Part shown: one piece after another, positions 24,747-37,360 of the stretch | Position numbering within the stretch: position 1 is the first letter of the stretch | Layout: the number at the start of each line of letters is the position of its first letter | Notes under the pieces: generated by a model | The model's input: the letters and a program-made list of their open reading frames with translations, nothing else | What the model was told of the DNA's origin: nothing | Databases searched by the model: none | Program-made: the position numbers and the translations under genes | From: Takakia lepidozioides | Lineage: Eukaryota; Plantae; Bryophyta | NCBI GenBank assembly: GCA_030704615.1 | Contig: CM060733.1 | Coordinates: 10,788,001-10,852,000, forward strand | DNA: 64,000 nt | Reading direction: 5' to 3'

Positions 24747-27368
24747 GCGACGCGTCTTGAATATGTAATGCCGCTATAACACAGATGACCCAGGATACTT
24801 CAATAATATGTACTCTCGCACGCGGTCCACTTCCGCACGACTGCAGTCGCCTTTAAAGGAGCATCATTGCTAGGTATCCGCCAAGCCTGAATGGCCCTAC
24901 GAATAGAAACACGTTCATCCCTGGTACACGGCAGAGAACTTCGATGTCAGGAACATGGACGTGGACTCTATATTCACCTCATGCAGCGGACTGGACTCAC
25001 AGACCAGCAGACTGTAACGTGCGTACGTAGGGTGGAGGCAACTAGTAGACTATACCAGTGGACTGACAAACGGACTCAGTAAGTAATGCAGCGATATAAA
25101 ACAGACTAACTGACGAGCGAGTGAGCCAGCGGACTGAGGAGAGAACGCAGCGGACTGACCAGACTGAATAGGCAACGTGACCCCGATGATGGACTCAAAC
25201 AGCACAGAGAACAGACTGGGCGGTCAGACTGACCATTACCTCCTCTACTTCATCATCGTCATCTTCATCTTCAAAGTTGTTCAACCAGTTCTGTTCCGCC
25301 TGTCGGATGAATGTGCGTAGCAGACCTGACTGGGCAACTCTGTAGAATAACGGAAGAAGTCTGGATCCCCAATTGGTGGGCACTCTGGTGGGAAAGCCAA
25401 AGTCAACGAGGCGCATGTGCCAGGGCAGACTGGCCCTTCAGTGCTCTGTTGAGTTTTTGGTTTTGACCCTAAATCGATGGCATGGGTCGCGATATTTGTG
25501 TGAGTCTGCTGCCGGAGTCTGGTCAGGCAAGTCAATGTCCACTGGACTTGTCACCCCTTTCTATGCCCTGAGCAGATTCACTTTTCAGTATCAGTACTGA
25601 TGGTGTGGGTCTGCCGCCCGACGGGGTTCAGTCTGTTGCATGGATTTTGCCCTTGCCTCGCGAGCAGACCTTGCAGCCTTCTCCTTTTTTTTTTGCCTCT
25701 CCTTTTTTTGGGCCCCATCACTCAGTTTACGTTTTCTGGGAGCGTCCGAGCGTTCCCTGCACTTGCAAATCCTCCATTGACGGGCCACCACAATGGACGC
25801 CATACCGGCGCGCACTCGTCGTCTAATTCCAAAAGTGTGGGGGTCAAGCACTGATCCGCGCAAGCGCATTGTGGCCTCTTTGACAATCGACATTTCTTTC
25901 AGTATCGGCCAAGGCTTGAAATCCTGTGGAATCATTGCAACAGTCTCCTTGCAACCCGTGTCAACACAATGCCGATTTAGTGGATTTTGTCCTTGATTCC
26001 TCTTCACAGAAGGAAGAAGAGCTTGTCTTCTGCCAATTCAAGTTTTTGGGCTTCCGGGCGCGGAGGTCTACAAATGCTTCCACTATTTTATGATCAACTC
26101 GTTTGGTGAGTCCAGTACCTTCGCTCCTTCTTCAGTCTGGTTTGGTGCACAAAATCCAACCAGCCGCTCCCCCTTTTTTCACAAGCATCCTCCATCGCTG
26201 CAGAATGAAACGAGGGCAGGACAATGAGCGACAGAGCGACAGAGCGACGATAGAAGTCCTATGAAGCTCACCCTAAGCAAGAGAGAAGGAACACAGAATG
26301 GAGGAAACACCGCAGCAAGTGAGAACCTCACCGAGCGATGAACTTCGAGTTGTTTACGAAGGCGAGCGTGTTTTGCGACGCTTCGCGGCTCACGCGCGAC
26401 TCCCACACCTGGGGAAGAACGGTCGTCTTTCGTTACGTGATGAAAACGCAAAGAGGAAAACAAGCAGTGCAAAGAAAACAGGCGTGAAGAGAAATGGAGA
26501 AAGTAGAAGTAGAAGGGGAAAAGCGGGCATGGCACTACCATGTGGCGCGATTTCACAGGCGCCAACTATCCGCTGTCATCGCATTGAATACGTCCCACCG
26601 AACGAACGCATCGTACTAAATTCATCCACACTCCTCGCAACTGCAGCAGACTCATTTCCATCGGGCCGAGAGTCCACCGGACCGTCCAGTCCAGCGGACT
26701 ATTCGCTTTGCGAGGCGAAGCGGCTTCATATTGGAGGCACTTCCCTGCCAGCGGAATGAAGACAAAAGAGAGTAGGGGAAACAGTAAAGTCGAACACCCC
26801 CATTGCGAACAGCCTCGCGGCACAACCTCTGATGCATGCAAGTCCAACAGACTGATATCCATAGAGGAGAACTGTCCGCAGAGACGGACGTTTCGCCACA
26901 CTAAGCGGAGAACAAGCCAAGACTGACCGAGGGAAAATAAAGTAAACAGACTTAAGTGCAACAGACTTCCGACACAACAGACTAACAAATTCACAAGTGC
27001 AACAGACTGATATCCCACCGGACTTCCTTCCAGCAGACCGCCTCCAACTGACTGTTATGCACGCAAAGGGGAATATCCGGAGCACTAACGGTCCAGTGGA
27101 CCCACTGTGAACAGACTCGCGACACAACGGACCTCAAACATCCACGCGCATTTGCAGATGCAATTGTCTCAGACATCTCCCGTCGTGGCTCAACATCTGC
27201 ATTCAGTGGTGCGTGTGATGTTTGAGGACCTTACGACTGGATGGTGTTCCGTGAATGACTCGAATGTTTTTTTAGTGCTGCCTCCTATTATACCATTTGG
27301 AACCTCCCCAAGCCTGGGTTTCTTCAAGAATTCTCCCCCTTTTCCACACCTTCAATGCACGACAGATC

Positions 27369-27868
27369 NNNNNNNNNNNNNNNNNNNNNNNNNNNNNNNN
27401 NNNNNNNNNNNNNNNNNNNNNNNNNNNNNNNNNNNNNNNNNNNNNNNNNNNNNNNNNNNNNNNNNNNNNNNNNNNNNNNNNNNNNNNNNNNNNNNNNNNN
27501 NNNNNNNNNNNNNNNNNNNNNNNNNNNNNNNNNNNNNNNNNNNNNNNNNNNNNNNNNNNNNNNNNNNNNNNNNNNNNNNNNNNNNNNNNNNNNNNNNNNN
27601 NNNNNNNNNNNNNNNNNNNNNNNNNNNNNNNNNNNNNNNNNNNNNNNNNNNNNNNNNNNNNNNNNNNNNNNNNNNNNNNNNNNNNNNNNNNNNNNNNNNN
27701 NNNNNNNNNNNNNNNNNNNNNNNNNNNNNNNNNNNNNNNNNNNNNNNNNNNNNNNNNNNNNNNNNNNNNNNNNNNNNNNNNNNNNNNNNNNNNNNNNNNN
27801 NNNNNNNNNNNNNNNNNNNNNNNNNNNNNNNNNNNNNNNNNNNNNNNNNNNNNNNNNNNNNNNNNNNN
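27369..27868. other. Assembly gap (500 N)
   Basis: Run of N. The round size suggests a placeholder of unknown true length. Confidence 0.99.
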
Positions 27869-28280
27869 GCTAGAGATACAGCTTGATGAAGCTGCAAGTG
27901 GCGCAAAACCCGCACCATCTCCCAAAACAGACCCGACCTCGAGTCTCGCAATCCATTGCCATGCCCGGCTGATTAATGCCCTTGGCAGGGCCAACCTGCC
28001 ACTACCAGATCAATGGAGCCAACCCGCTCCAAATCCTGCGCCCCCAGCAACGAAATGTCTGCTGGCAAGGCCTGCTTGATATCCACGAATTGCAGACACC
28101 GACAACAACTCAGGCTGCCCCAACTGAGCAACATGGCGAAGTGAACGCGTCGTGCAGTCTCATCCCTCCCACAACAGGTAACGCCGAACTCGTCCCCTGC
28201 CTGTAACACAGCAGCCAATCCGGTGCTGATCCCGCCAAACAAGTCCAGAAGCAAATGCCTTCATCCGAACTCCACACAAT
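27869..28280 (-). pseudogene. C5 cytosine DNA methyltransferase domain (N-terminal half) inside the retrotransposon polyprotein; truncated by the gap
   Basis: Motif I LLDLFGGISTGL (~28251-28216), motif III-like ADISLL, motif IV IDLVVAGWPCQGH* with the catalytic PC, then SAGHGNGLRDSRSGLFWEMVRVL. Frameshifts and one TAA (27973-27975). Confidence 0.85.
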
Positions 28281-31165
28281 AGGTTGTGTCCAATGGAGAC
28301 ATTGAGGGTGGTCCCCGGTGCAATCCCCACACTCTCCTCCTCTCCTGACGGTACAAAAGCCCTCACCCAGGCTTGTTGGCACCCGTCGATCAGCATCCCA
28401 CTGCAAATCCTTGCTCGTGCCCCACAATGGAGTCTGAGCAACCATGGTAGGGCAACTCCGCCATACCATACATGTCATCTTGCTCTCCTCCCCGGAGGTG
28501 GTACATCCGTCTGAATGAGCATTGCCCTCAAGCAACTCTCTAGGCCAACTCACTGCCGCTGTGAATGCTGCTAGTGTCGGCATCTTGCCTTGTTGGCAAA
28601 CCGCACTCCTCCTATGAACGTCCAGGGAGCTGCACACGCCGGCCCTCCCCTGACTGCCATGCAGGCCTATAGGAAGCTGACTCCTCCCAAAAATCCAGGG
28701 TGAAGCCCATGGGGTACAACACTGCCCCACCAACCAGGACATCGTATGAGACTGCGTCTGTCACAATGGCCTTGGCTCGCATCACTGAGCCATCTGTAGG
28801 TGATCCCGGCCGTAGTCTGATAGCCAACTCATGCCGTGTCATGCCCCGAGCCTGCTCCGATCCTCCAGAGACGTCTGTATCTGGAAAGGACAAGGCTCCA
28901 TATCCGCCTCCGTGAGGCCCAAGCCTGCAATAGCAGCTCTGCCCAGCATCAGTGGCTGAGGCTCCCGAGTCCAACAAGACTCGCAGTGGCCGGTACCTCT
29001 TTGCCTGCCGGTCCACTCAACAGAAATGCCATCCTGGTTGTCTAACATGACAACTCCAGGTGTCACCATGGCACGCTCAATGGCTGGCCTAGCTGGCAGC
29101 TCCATCAACCTGGCAGCTGCAGCTTGCCATGGCGCCGCCGTGGCAGTCTTGACCCTCAAATCCGAGGATCCTCCGGCACTACACCTCCCACTATCTCCGC
29201 AGAAGATGAAGTAACCTCCCCACTCTCACAGAGTGTAGCTGCCAGCCTGAACACCTCAGCTGGTCTTATCCCGGCGTCGCAATCATGGTAGCCGAGAACA
29301 ATGGAGCCTGGCACACAGATGTGCCGCTCCTAACAGCACACTAGCTGCCGTAGCCTTGGCAACACTAGGTAGTGGTGCTGCCGTGTAGCTCTCCCCAATG
29401 GCATAGTAACCTCCGCCTCGGTAATAGTCGGGCGAGAACTAGGTGCCATGGATGGCGTCGACACTGTCTCCGCCAATGTGAATGACTGAGGAAGCCTAGC
29501 CTGACGGCTTGCCTCCCACGTGTGGATCCAACTCCACCTCTGCACCTCGTGGCTCAGGAACTCGTGCTGCTCCTCGAGTCACGGCTACAGCAGACTCCAC
29601 CTGCACTAGTGGTAGTGCTGCTCCACACATGAATCTCATGCCTCCCATATCTCCTCCCTCAGGAGCAGGAGGTGGACCATCCGGCCTTAGAGCCGGTACC
29701 ACCTGAGCTGTAGCCATGGCAGCGAGCCTCTGCTCTAGCTGCTGAAGCCGGTTTGGCCATGCCTTGGTCAACACCCTGACCTCCGCGTCCGTGGCCACGT
29801 TGAGCTTGCCCTTGGCCTGCACCTTGTGGCTGGCCACCTCGTCCTCTCTGGCTGCTCCACCTCGCCCCCGGCCACCATTGTTCCCTTGGAACTGGCCTGG
29901 GCGCAACTCAGGATGCAAACTATAACACTGGGCCTCTCCATGCCCGTGCTTGCCACAATGCCCACACTGCAACTGTGCAGGCTGTGCATGTGCCGACCCT
30001 TTGCCTCCCTCTGGGCAATCCTTCTTGACATGGGGTCCTCCACATGTCCAGCACACCACATCCGCCCGTTGTTGGCCAGCAAATGAAGGGAGAGACCCCA
30101 TCTGAGGTCCTCTCTGCCCTTCCCTGAGCTTCACCTGAGCCCCCTTGTTGCCTTGAGCACGTTGAGGTAGTGGTTGGCTAGGAGCACCACTACCCCATGG
30201 TGTCTCCTTAGCAAATCCCACCATGACCACTCGTTCCTCCACCATGTTGAGCTCTATCCGCTCTGCCAGCAAAAACACATTTGCTAAGGTGGGTTGGGCC
30301 GCTTGTAGGAGAGTTGCATCTCGCACCCTTCTCCTCAGCTCCTTGTCCAATATCCCATACCAGAATTGGACTGCCTGAGCTTCCGTAACCCCTTGGGTTA
30401 CATTTATCAAGCGCCTCATGCGAGTGAAAGCCTCCCTCAAGCTCTCGGTCGCTTCCGTTGGAACTCTTGCAAGCTCCGCAACTTCTCTGTCCTCACCCCT
30501 TGGTAGTTCCCTCTCAACTCTTCGAAGAACTCCACAACAGGGTTGAAGGCAGGCTCGGGTACTAGTGCTGGTGCGGTAGTGGCTTGGGTGGATGTCGTAG
30601 CTACTGTACCACCAGTCCCACTGCTACTTGCTGAAGCTGCCGGTGCAGCGGCAGGTGTAGCCACTGCCCTCGTGGTTCTAGTGCCCCTAGTGATGGAGAC
30701 ATAGTCGGGTGACCAGTACATCCTCCACTCCTCGATCTCACCTCATGCCCCGCCTGAACTCATGGTAATCATCCATAGGTGGCCCCTCAAGGTGCTGAAA
30801 CAGCCCTTTCCATGCCATGACGGCGTAAATAGTTGTGGATTGCGCATTTGCTGCAAATCACACCAACTATCAAACTCTTGGATAAAATCATCCAACTCAA
30901 TGGTGCCCACCGCCCCAGAGTACTTCGTGGCCCTTGATAGCTCCATACATCTCCTCCATTGTGTCCCACAACAATGGCAAAGAAACACTTGCACCGCCGT
31001 ATGAGCCCTCCTGATTCACAATCCGAATCAGAACCTTCCGTGGAAGACACAGGAGGTGAAGGTGGCCTAAACGCACACCTCGTCTCGTGTACCCACTAGT
31101 ATCGCTAGTGCTCGAACCGGCACTGTCCCCAGCAACTAGTGGCACCTCCGTGTTGACACTCAACC
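28281..31165 (-). pseudogene. LTR-retrotransposon gag (capsid plus two CCHC knuckles) and aspartic protease; many frameshifts
   Basis: KYSG..ELDDFIQEFDSWC, FFEELRGNYQG..LQEFQRK..ESLREAFTRMRRL (gag); CWTCGGPHVKKDC and CGHCGKHGHGEAQC; RVLLDSGA (~28961-28984) followed by YDVLVG (retropepsin). Confidence 0.88.
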
Positions 31166-31439
31166 GGTCATAAACATGCCCCTAACCCCTCTCCACAAGG
31201 TAACCGGTAGAGAACCTGTTGCGGCTTATGGTTTGGAATACTAAGTTCCTAACATAGCCTACACCTGAACTTGCATGACCATGGGAATATCATGAAGATA
31301 CTCCTCAAACCGCCCTCCACGAGCTTCAAAATTCGGCCTTCCAGACCATATGCCAGTCCTTAGTCCACCAGTGCCTCCACGAGTCAGCACAGGCCATCCA
31401 CAGGTCAACACGGGCCACCACACACCAGCACAGGCCCAC

Positions 31440-34400
31440 ACAGCTCACTGGTCACAGCCGTCACAGTCCCACAGGCCACTGGGCACAGCCTGTCACAGCC
31501 CCTCACAGCCCGTCACAACCTCAAAGGCCTCAGGCACAGCCTGTCACAGCCCCTCACAGCCCGTCACAGCCCCAAAGACCTCAGGCACGGCCTGTCACAG
31601 CCCCTCACAGCCCGTCACAGCCCCAAAGGCCTCAGGCACGGCCTGTCACAGCCACTCACAGCCCGTCACAGCCCCAAAGGCCTCAGGCACGGCCTGTCAC
31701 AGCCCCTCTCAGCCCGTCACAGCCCAAAGGCCATGGGCACGGCCTGTCACAGCCCCTCACAGCCCGTCAGAGCCTCAAAGGCCTCAGGCACGGCCTGTCA
31801 CAGCCCCTCACAGCCCGTCACAGCCTCAAAGGCCTCAGGCACGGCCTGTCACAGCCCCTCACAGCCCGTCACAGCCTCAAAGGCCTCAGGCACGGCCTGT
31901 CACAGCCCCTCACAGCCCGTCACAGCCCCAAAGGCCTCAGGCCGGCCTGTCACAGCCCCTCACAGCCCATCACAGCCCCAAAGGCCATGGGCACAGCCTG
32001 TCACAGCCCGTCACAGCCCCACAGGCCTCAGGGCACAGCCTGTCACAGCCCCGCACAGCCCGTCACAGCCCCAAAGGCCACTGGGCACAGCCTGTCACAG
32101 CCTGACACAGCCCATCACAGCCCCACAGGGCACAGGGCACAGCCTGTCACAGCCCATCACAGCCGATCACAGCCTCAAAGGCCTCAGGCACGGCCTATCA
32201 CAGCCCCTCACAGCCCATCACAGCCCCAAAGGCCATGGGCACAGCCTGTCACAGCCCGTCACAGCCCCACAGGCCTCAGGCACGGCCTGTCACAGCCCCT
32301 CACAGCCTGTCACAGCCCCAAAGGCCTCAGGCACGACCTGTCACAGCCCCTCACAGCCCATCACAGCCCCAAAGGCCATGGGCACAGCCTGTCACAGCCC
32401 GTCACAGCCCCAAAGGCCACTGGGCACAGCCTGTCACAGCCTGACACAGCCCGTCACAGCCCCACAGGGCACAGGGCACAGCTTGTCACAGCCCATCACA
32501 GCCGATCACAGCCTCAAAGGCCTCAGGCACGGCCTGTCACAACCCCTCACAGCCCATCACAGCCCCAAAGGCCATGGGCACGGCCTGTCACGGCCTGTCA
32601 CAGCCTCAAAGGCCTCAGGCACGGCCTATCACAGCCCCGCACAGCCCGTCACAGCCTCAAAGGCCTCAGGCACGGCCTGTCACAGCCCCTCACAGCCCCA
32701 AAGGCCATGGGCACGGCCTCTCACAGCCCCTCACAGCCCGTCACAGCCTCAAAGGCCTCAGGATCGGCCCGTCACAGCCCGTCACAGCCTCAAAGGCCTC
32801 AGGATCGGCCCGTCACAGCCCGTCACAGCCCCAAAGGCCTCAGGCACGGCCTGTCACAGCCCCTCACAGCCCGTCACAGCCCAAAGGCCATGGGCACGGC
32901 CTGTCACAGCCCTTCAGAGCCCGTCACAGCCTCAAAGGCCTCAGGCACGGCCTGTCACAGCCCCTCTCAGCCCGTCACAGCCCCAAAGGCCATGGGCACG
33001 GCCTGTCACAGCCCCTCACAGCCCGTCAGAGCCTCAAAGGCCTCAGGCACGGCCTGTCACAGCCCCTCACAGCCCGTCAGAGCCTCAAAGGCCTCAGGCA
33101 CGGCCTGTCACAGCCCCTCACAGCCCGTCACAGCCCCAAAGGCCATGGGCACGGCCTGTCACAGCCCCTCACAGCCCCTCACAGCCTCAAAGGCCTCAGG
33201 CACGGCCTTTCACAGCCCCTCACAGCCCGTCACAGCCCCAAAGGCCTCAGGCACGGCCTGTCACAGCCCCTCACAGCCCATCACAGCCCCAAAGGCCATG
33301 GGCACAGCCTGTCACAGCCCATCACAGCCCACAGGCCTCAGGGCACAACCTGTCACAGCCCCGCACAGCCCGTCACAGCCCCAAAGGCCACTGGGCACAG
33401 CCTGTCACAGCCTGACACAGCCTGACACAGCCCGTCACAGCCCCACAGGGCACACGGCACAGCCGGTCACAGCCCATCACAGCCCATCACAACCTCAAAG
33501 GCCTCAGGCACGGCCTGTCACAGCCCCTCACAGCCCATCACAGCCCCAAAGGCCATGGGCACAGCCTGTCACAGCCCGTCACAGCCCCACAGGCCTCAGG
33601 CACGGCCTGTCACAGCCCCTCACAGCCCGTCACAGCCCCAAATGCCATGGGCACGGCCTGTCACAGCCCCTCACAGCCCATCACAGCCCCAAAGGCCTCA
33701 GGCACGGCCTGTCACAGCCCCTCACAGCCCGTCACAGCCTCAAAGGCCTCAGGCACGGCCTGTCACAGCCCCTCACAGCCTGTCACAGCCCCAAAGGCCT
33801 CAAGCACGGCCTGTCACAGCCCCTCACAGCCCATCATAGCCCCAAAGGCCATGGGCACAGCCTGTCACAGCCGTCACAGCCCCACAGGCCTCAGGGCACA
33901 GCCTGTCACAGCCCCGCACAGCCCGTCACAGCCCCAAAGGCCACTGGGCACAGCCTGTCAAAGCCTGACACAGCCCGTCACAGCCCCACAGGGCACAGGG
34001 CACAGCCCATCACAGCCCATCACAGCCTCAAAGGCCTCAGGCACGGCCTGTCACAGCCCCTCACAGCCCATCACAGCCCCAAAGGCCTCAGGCACGGCCT
34101 GTCACAGCCCCTCACGGCCTGTCACAGCCCCTCACAGCCCGTCACAGCCTCAAAGGCCTCAGGCACGGCCTTTCACAGCCCCTCACAGCCCGTCACAGCC
34201 CCAAAGGCCTCAGGCACGGCCTGTCACAGCCCCTCACAGCCCATCACAGCCCCAAAGGCCATGGGCACAGCCTGTCACAGCCCGTCACAGCCCCACAGGC
34301 CTCAGGCACGGCCTGTCACAGCCCCTCACAGCCCGTCACAGCCCCAAAGGCCATGGGCACGGCCTGTCAAAGCCCCTCACAGCCCATCACAGCCCCAAAG

Positions 34401-35500
34401 GCCTCAGGCACGGCCTGTCACAGCCCCTCACAGCCCCTCACAGCCTCAAAGGCCATGGGCACAGCCTGTCACAGCCCATCACAGCCCCACAGGCCTCAGG
34501 CACGGCCTGTCACAGCCCCTCACAGCCCATCACAGCCCCAAAGGCCATGGGCACAGCCTGTCACAGCCCGTCACAGCCCCACAGGCCTCAGGGCACAGCC
34601 TGTCACAGCCCCAAAGGCCACTGGGCACAGCCTGCCACAGCCTGACACAGCCCGTCACAGCCCCACAGGGCACAGGGCACAGCCCATCACAGCCCATCAC
34701 AGCCTCAAAGGCCTCAGGCACGGCCTGTCACAGCCCCAAAGGCCATGGGCACAGCCTGTCACAGCCCGTCACAGCTTGACAGGCCTCAGGCATGGCCTGT
34801 CACAGCCCCTCACAGCCCCTCACAGCCCCAAAGGCCATGGGCACGGCCTGTCACAGCCCCTCACAGCCCGTCACAGCCTCAAAGGCTTTAGGATCGGCCC
34901 GTCACAGGCCCTCACAGCCCGTCACAGCCCCAAAGGCCTCACGCACGGCCTGTCACAGCCCCTCACAGCCCCAAAGGCCATGGGCACGGCCTGTCACAGC
35001 CCCTCACAGCCCGTCATAGCCTCAAAGGCCTCAGGCACGGCCTGTCACAGCCCCTCTCAGCCCGTCACAGCCCCAAAGGCCATGGGCACGGCCTGTCACA
35101 GCCCCTCACAGCCCGTCACAGCCTCAAAGGCCTCAGGCACGGCCCCTCACAGCCCGTCACAGCCCCAAAGGCCTCAGGCATGGCCTGTCACAGCCCCTCA
35201 CAGCCCATCACAGCCCCAAAGGCCATGGGCACAGCCTGTCACAGCCCGTCACAGCCCCACAGGCCTCAGGGCACAGCATGTCACAGCCCCGCACAGCCCG
35301 TCACAGCCCCAAAGGCCACTGGGCACAGCCTGTCACAGCCTGACACAGCCCATCACAGCCCCACAAGGCACAGGGCACAGCCTGTCACAGCCCATCACAG
35401 CCCATCACAGCCTCAAAGGCCTCAGGCACGGCCTGTCATAGCCCCTCACAGCCCATCACAGCCCCAAAGGCCATGGGCACAGCCTGTCACAGCCCCACAC
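31440..35500. repeat. ~4-kb satellite: 10-bp core (GTCACAGCCC) arranged in ~51-bp higher-order units
   Basis: Unit gcacggcctgtcacagcccctcacagcccgtcacagccccaaaggcctcag recurs with a 51-bp period (e.g. 31585 to 31636), with ggccatgg and ggccactgg variants. Confidence 0.97.
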
Positions 35501-35994
35501 ATGGCCGCTCTGGCAGTTTAGCCATTTCTCCAAGGGGTTTAGCCACGCCAAGCTAGGGTTTGTGTCTCTTGGACTCTAGGCTTCTTTCCACCGAGCTATG
35601 GTGGCTGTGAGGAAATCAGCAAGGTATCCTTGCTCTTTCGGCTCCCACACACCACCATAGTAGCCCTAAGCCATGAGGTGGTTGCCACAAACCAAGCCTT
35701 CTTTCTCACTTAGCCTCCCCAAACACGCCACTAAACTCAATGGCAAACAACCAAGCCCTGCTGGTTCCCAGCCCTTGTGAGCACTCATTCAAGCACTCCC
35801 CTCATTGGCCATAGCATCTGTCTTAGAGCCTATTCCAGCCCTCTACACCTGTTGCTTCAAGAGTTGCGCTCCCTTCAAGCTTGAAGTTGAAACCCCAACT
35901 CACATAGGCCCTACAAGTGCTTTTCTTTCACTCCAAGTGGAAACCAGCCCTAGACCTTCCGTTCTAGCTCTCTAAGGCTTGAAAACAAGAGCCT

Positions 35995-36350
35995 CAATGG
36001 GCTGAAGGCATGCTCCACACATGCCCCACTCTCACCATAAGAGAATCAGCTCCTTTGCTTCATTTCTTGCACCCACAAACCTGAAAATACAAGCTTCAGC
36101 AGGCTGAAAGCATGCTCTACATGCCCTACAGGGAAACCAGCCCCTTCCTTCCTTTCTTGCACTCCCACACCTAAAAGTGCAAGCCTTCACCAGGCTGATA
36201 GCATGCTCCACACATACATTGCCCTCACATAAGGGAAGTCAGCCCTTCCCTCTTCCTTGCTTGCCCTCCAAGCTTGAAGATGGAAGCTTCAATGAGCTGA
36301 ATACATGCTCCACACATGCAACCTCTTCACACAAGAGATATCAGCCCCTA
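35995..36350. repeat. Degenerate ~100-bp tandem repeat (4 copies) in the retroelement leader/LTR region
   Basis: gctgaNNNcatgctc[c/t]aca...cagc[c/t]cc near 36001, 36103, 36194 and 36295. Confidence 0.65.
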
Positions 36351-36899
36351 TCTTGGCTCCTTGGCTCCTTGATGCTCTCTATGACAAGACTAAGCACTCC
36401 ATAGCCTTTGCCAAGCTCCTGAAACCCTAAGGCTTACATTTCCAGCCACAAGACACTTCTCTTGTGGTGCAAGAACTCTTCTTCCAAGCTCTGAAACCCT
36501 AGGTGCACATTCCATGGCCTTGCCGCACCTCTTAGCTCCTGTTCCAGCCCTGCTCTTGCCATGACAAGAGCCCTCTCAATGCTGAAGCTCGAGATTGAAA
36601 CCCAATCTCACCATACTCCACAAAGTGCACTGATTTGCCCCAAGCAAAATCAGCCCTTTCGCTTGGTCTTGCAATCCTTCACACAATGAAAGCTCGCACT
36701 CCCAAGTCCAGTTCTCAGCTTTGCCACCAAAGCCACTATAACCTGCTCTTGACTGGTCCTCTTCCCAATCGTGCTTGCTCATGCATGTACACAATCTGGA
36801 ACCATCAAGGTGCTCTGGAATTACCTGCAGCATGGTGCTTTCATCTCTGAAGCTGAAGATCGAATGCCAAGGTTTACCACCTCGTAACCCACATCGCCT

Positions 36900-37360
36900 C
36901 CGCTTCGAACAACTAAGAGCTCCACGGTGCTCCTTGCATAACAACTTGGTTTCTCTAATTCTCAAGCAAAAACCACAAGTGCTACAACTAACTCGTATCT
37001 GGCACTCACAGATACGAGCTGATCTTTCTCGAGTGATAAAGAAGAAGAATACAAGCACAAGCTCATGCGAGCTCACAAAGCTGAAGCATAAACTCATGCA
37101 TATATAACCTCATCACTCAAATACAAGTCAAGCCAAGTGCACCCCACGCCATGGGGAATCCACACTACGGCGCCATAGCTAGGCGCGGTGAGGCTCAACT
37201 CGAGAAAGATGAGCCTCCCGCGCTTGCCGTGAAGATAACCACTCCAGGGCCTAAATCTGCCTTGACCCCTGGATTGACACTTGGGCCAATCCCAAATGTC
37301 AATATGTAAAAGATAGCTATTTCCTAGCTAGTTTCACACTAGTGGTAAAATAACTTGACA
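36900..37360 (-). repeat. Putative 5' LTR (outer end defined, inner end not)
   Basis: Begins TGTCA on the minus strand exactly where transposase coding sequence starts on the plus strand. Contains TTATATA (~37100) and a perfect 10-bp hairpin stem at 36992-37018. The partner LTR is not in view. Confidence 0.5.

Larger units (their letters stand above)
15870..26150. mobile_element. Large MULE (KAONASHI/VANDAL-like): transposase on +, convergent Ulp1 and unknown ORF remnants on -; boundaries approximate
   Basis: Abrupt switch to GC-rich sequence at ~15900, transposase and Ulp1 motifs, and a shared CAGTC-type motif throughout the non-coding parts. No TIR or TSD identified. Confidence 0.55.
27869..37360 (-). 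mobile_element. Probable Ty3/gypsy LTR retrotransposon carrying a DNA methyltransferase; only the 5' half is visible
   Basis: Minus-strand order: TGTCAAG start at 37360, TATA-like element at ~37100, long leader with satellite, gag, PR, DNMT, gap. RT, IN and 3' LTR are not visible, so the superfamily call rests on gag/PR style only. Confidence 0.72.

Noticed and set aside
27107-28079. ORFs spanning the N run
   Set aside because: Artefacts of translating the assembly gap.
31440-35500. CRISPR-like array
   Set aside because: No unique spacers, no cas genes, eukaryotic context.
31350-35521. Long ORFs (up to 930 aa) of TACHSPSQPV / HSLSQP repeats
   Set aside because: They are open in all three plus frames because the satellite lacks stop codons, and frames shift freely between units. 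Not a protein gene.
36545-36575. Possible LTR end plus PBS (TGTCA-TGGCAAGAGC on the minus strand)
   Set aside because: Poor match to the tRNA-iMet PBS and equally explained as a local hairpin.
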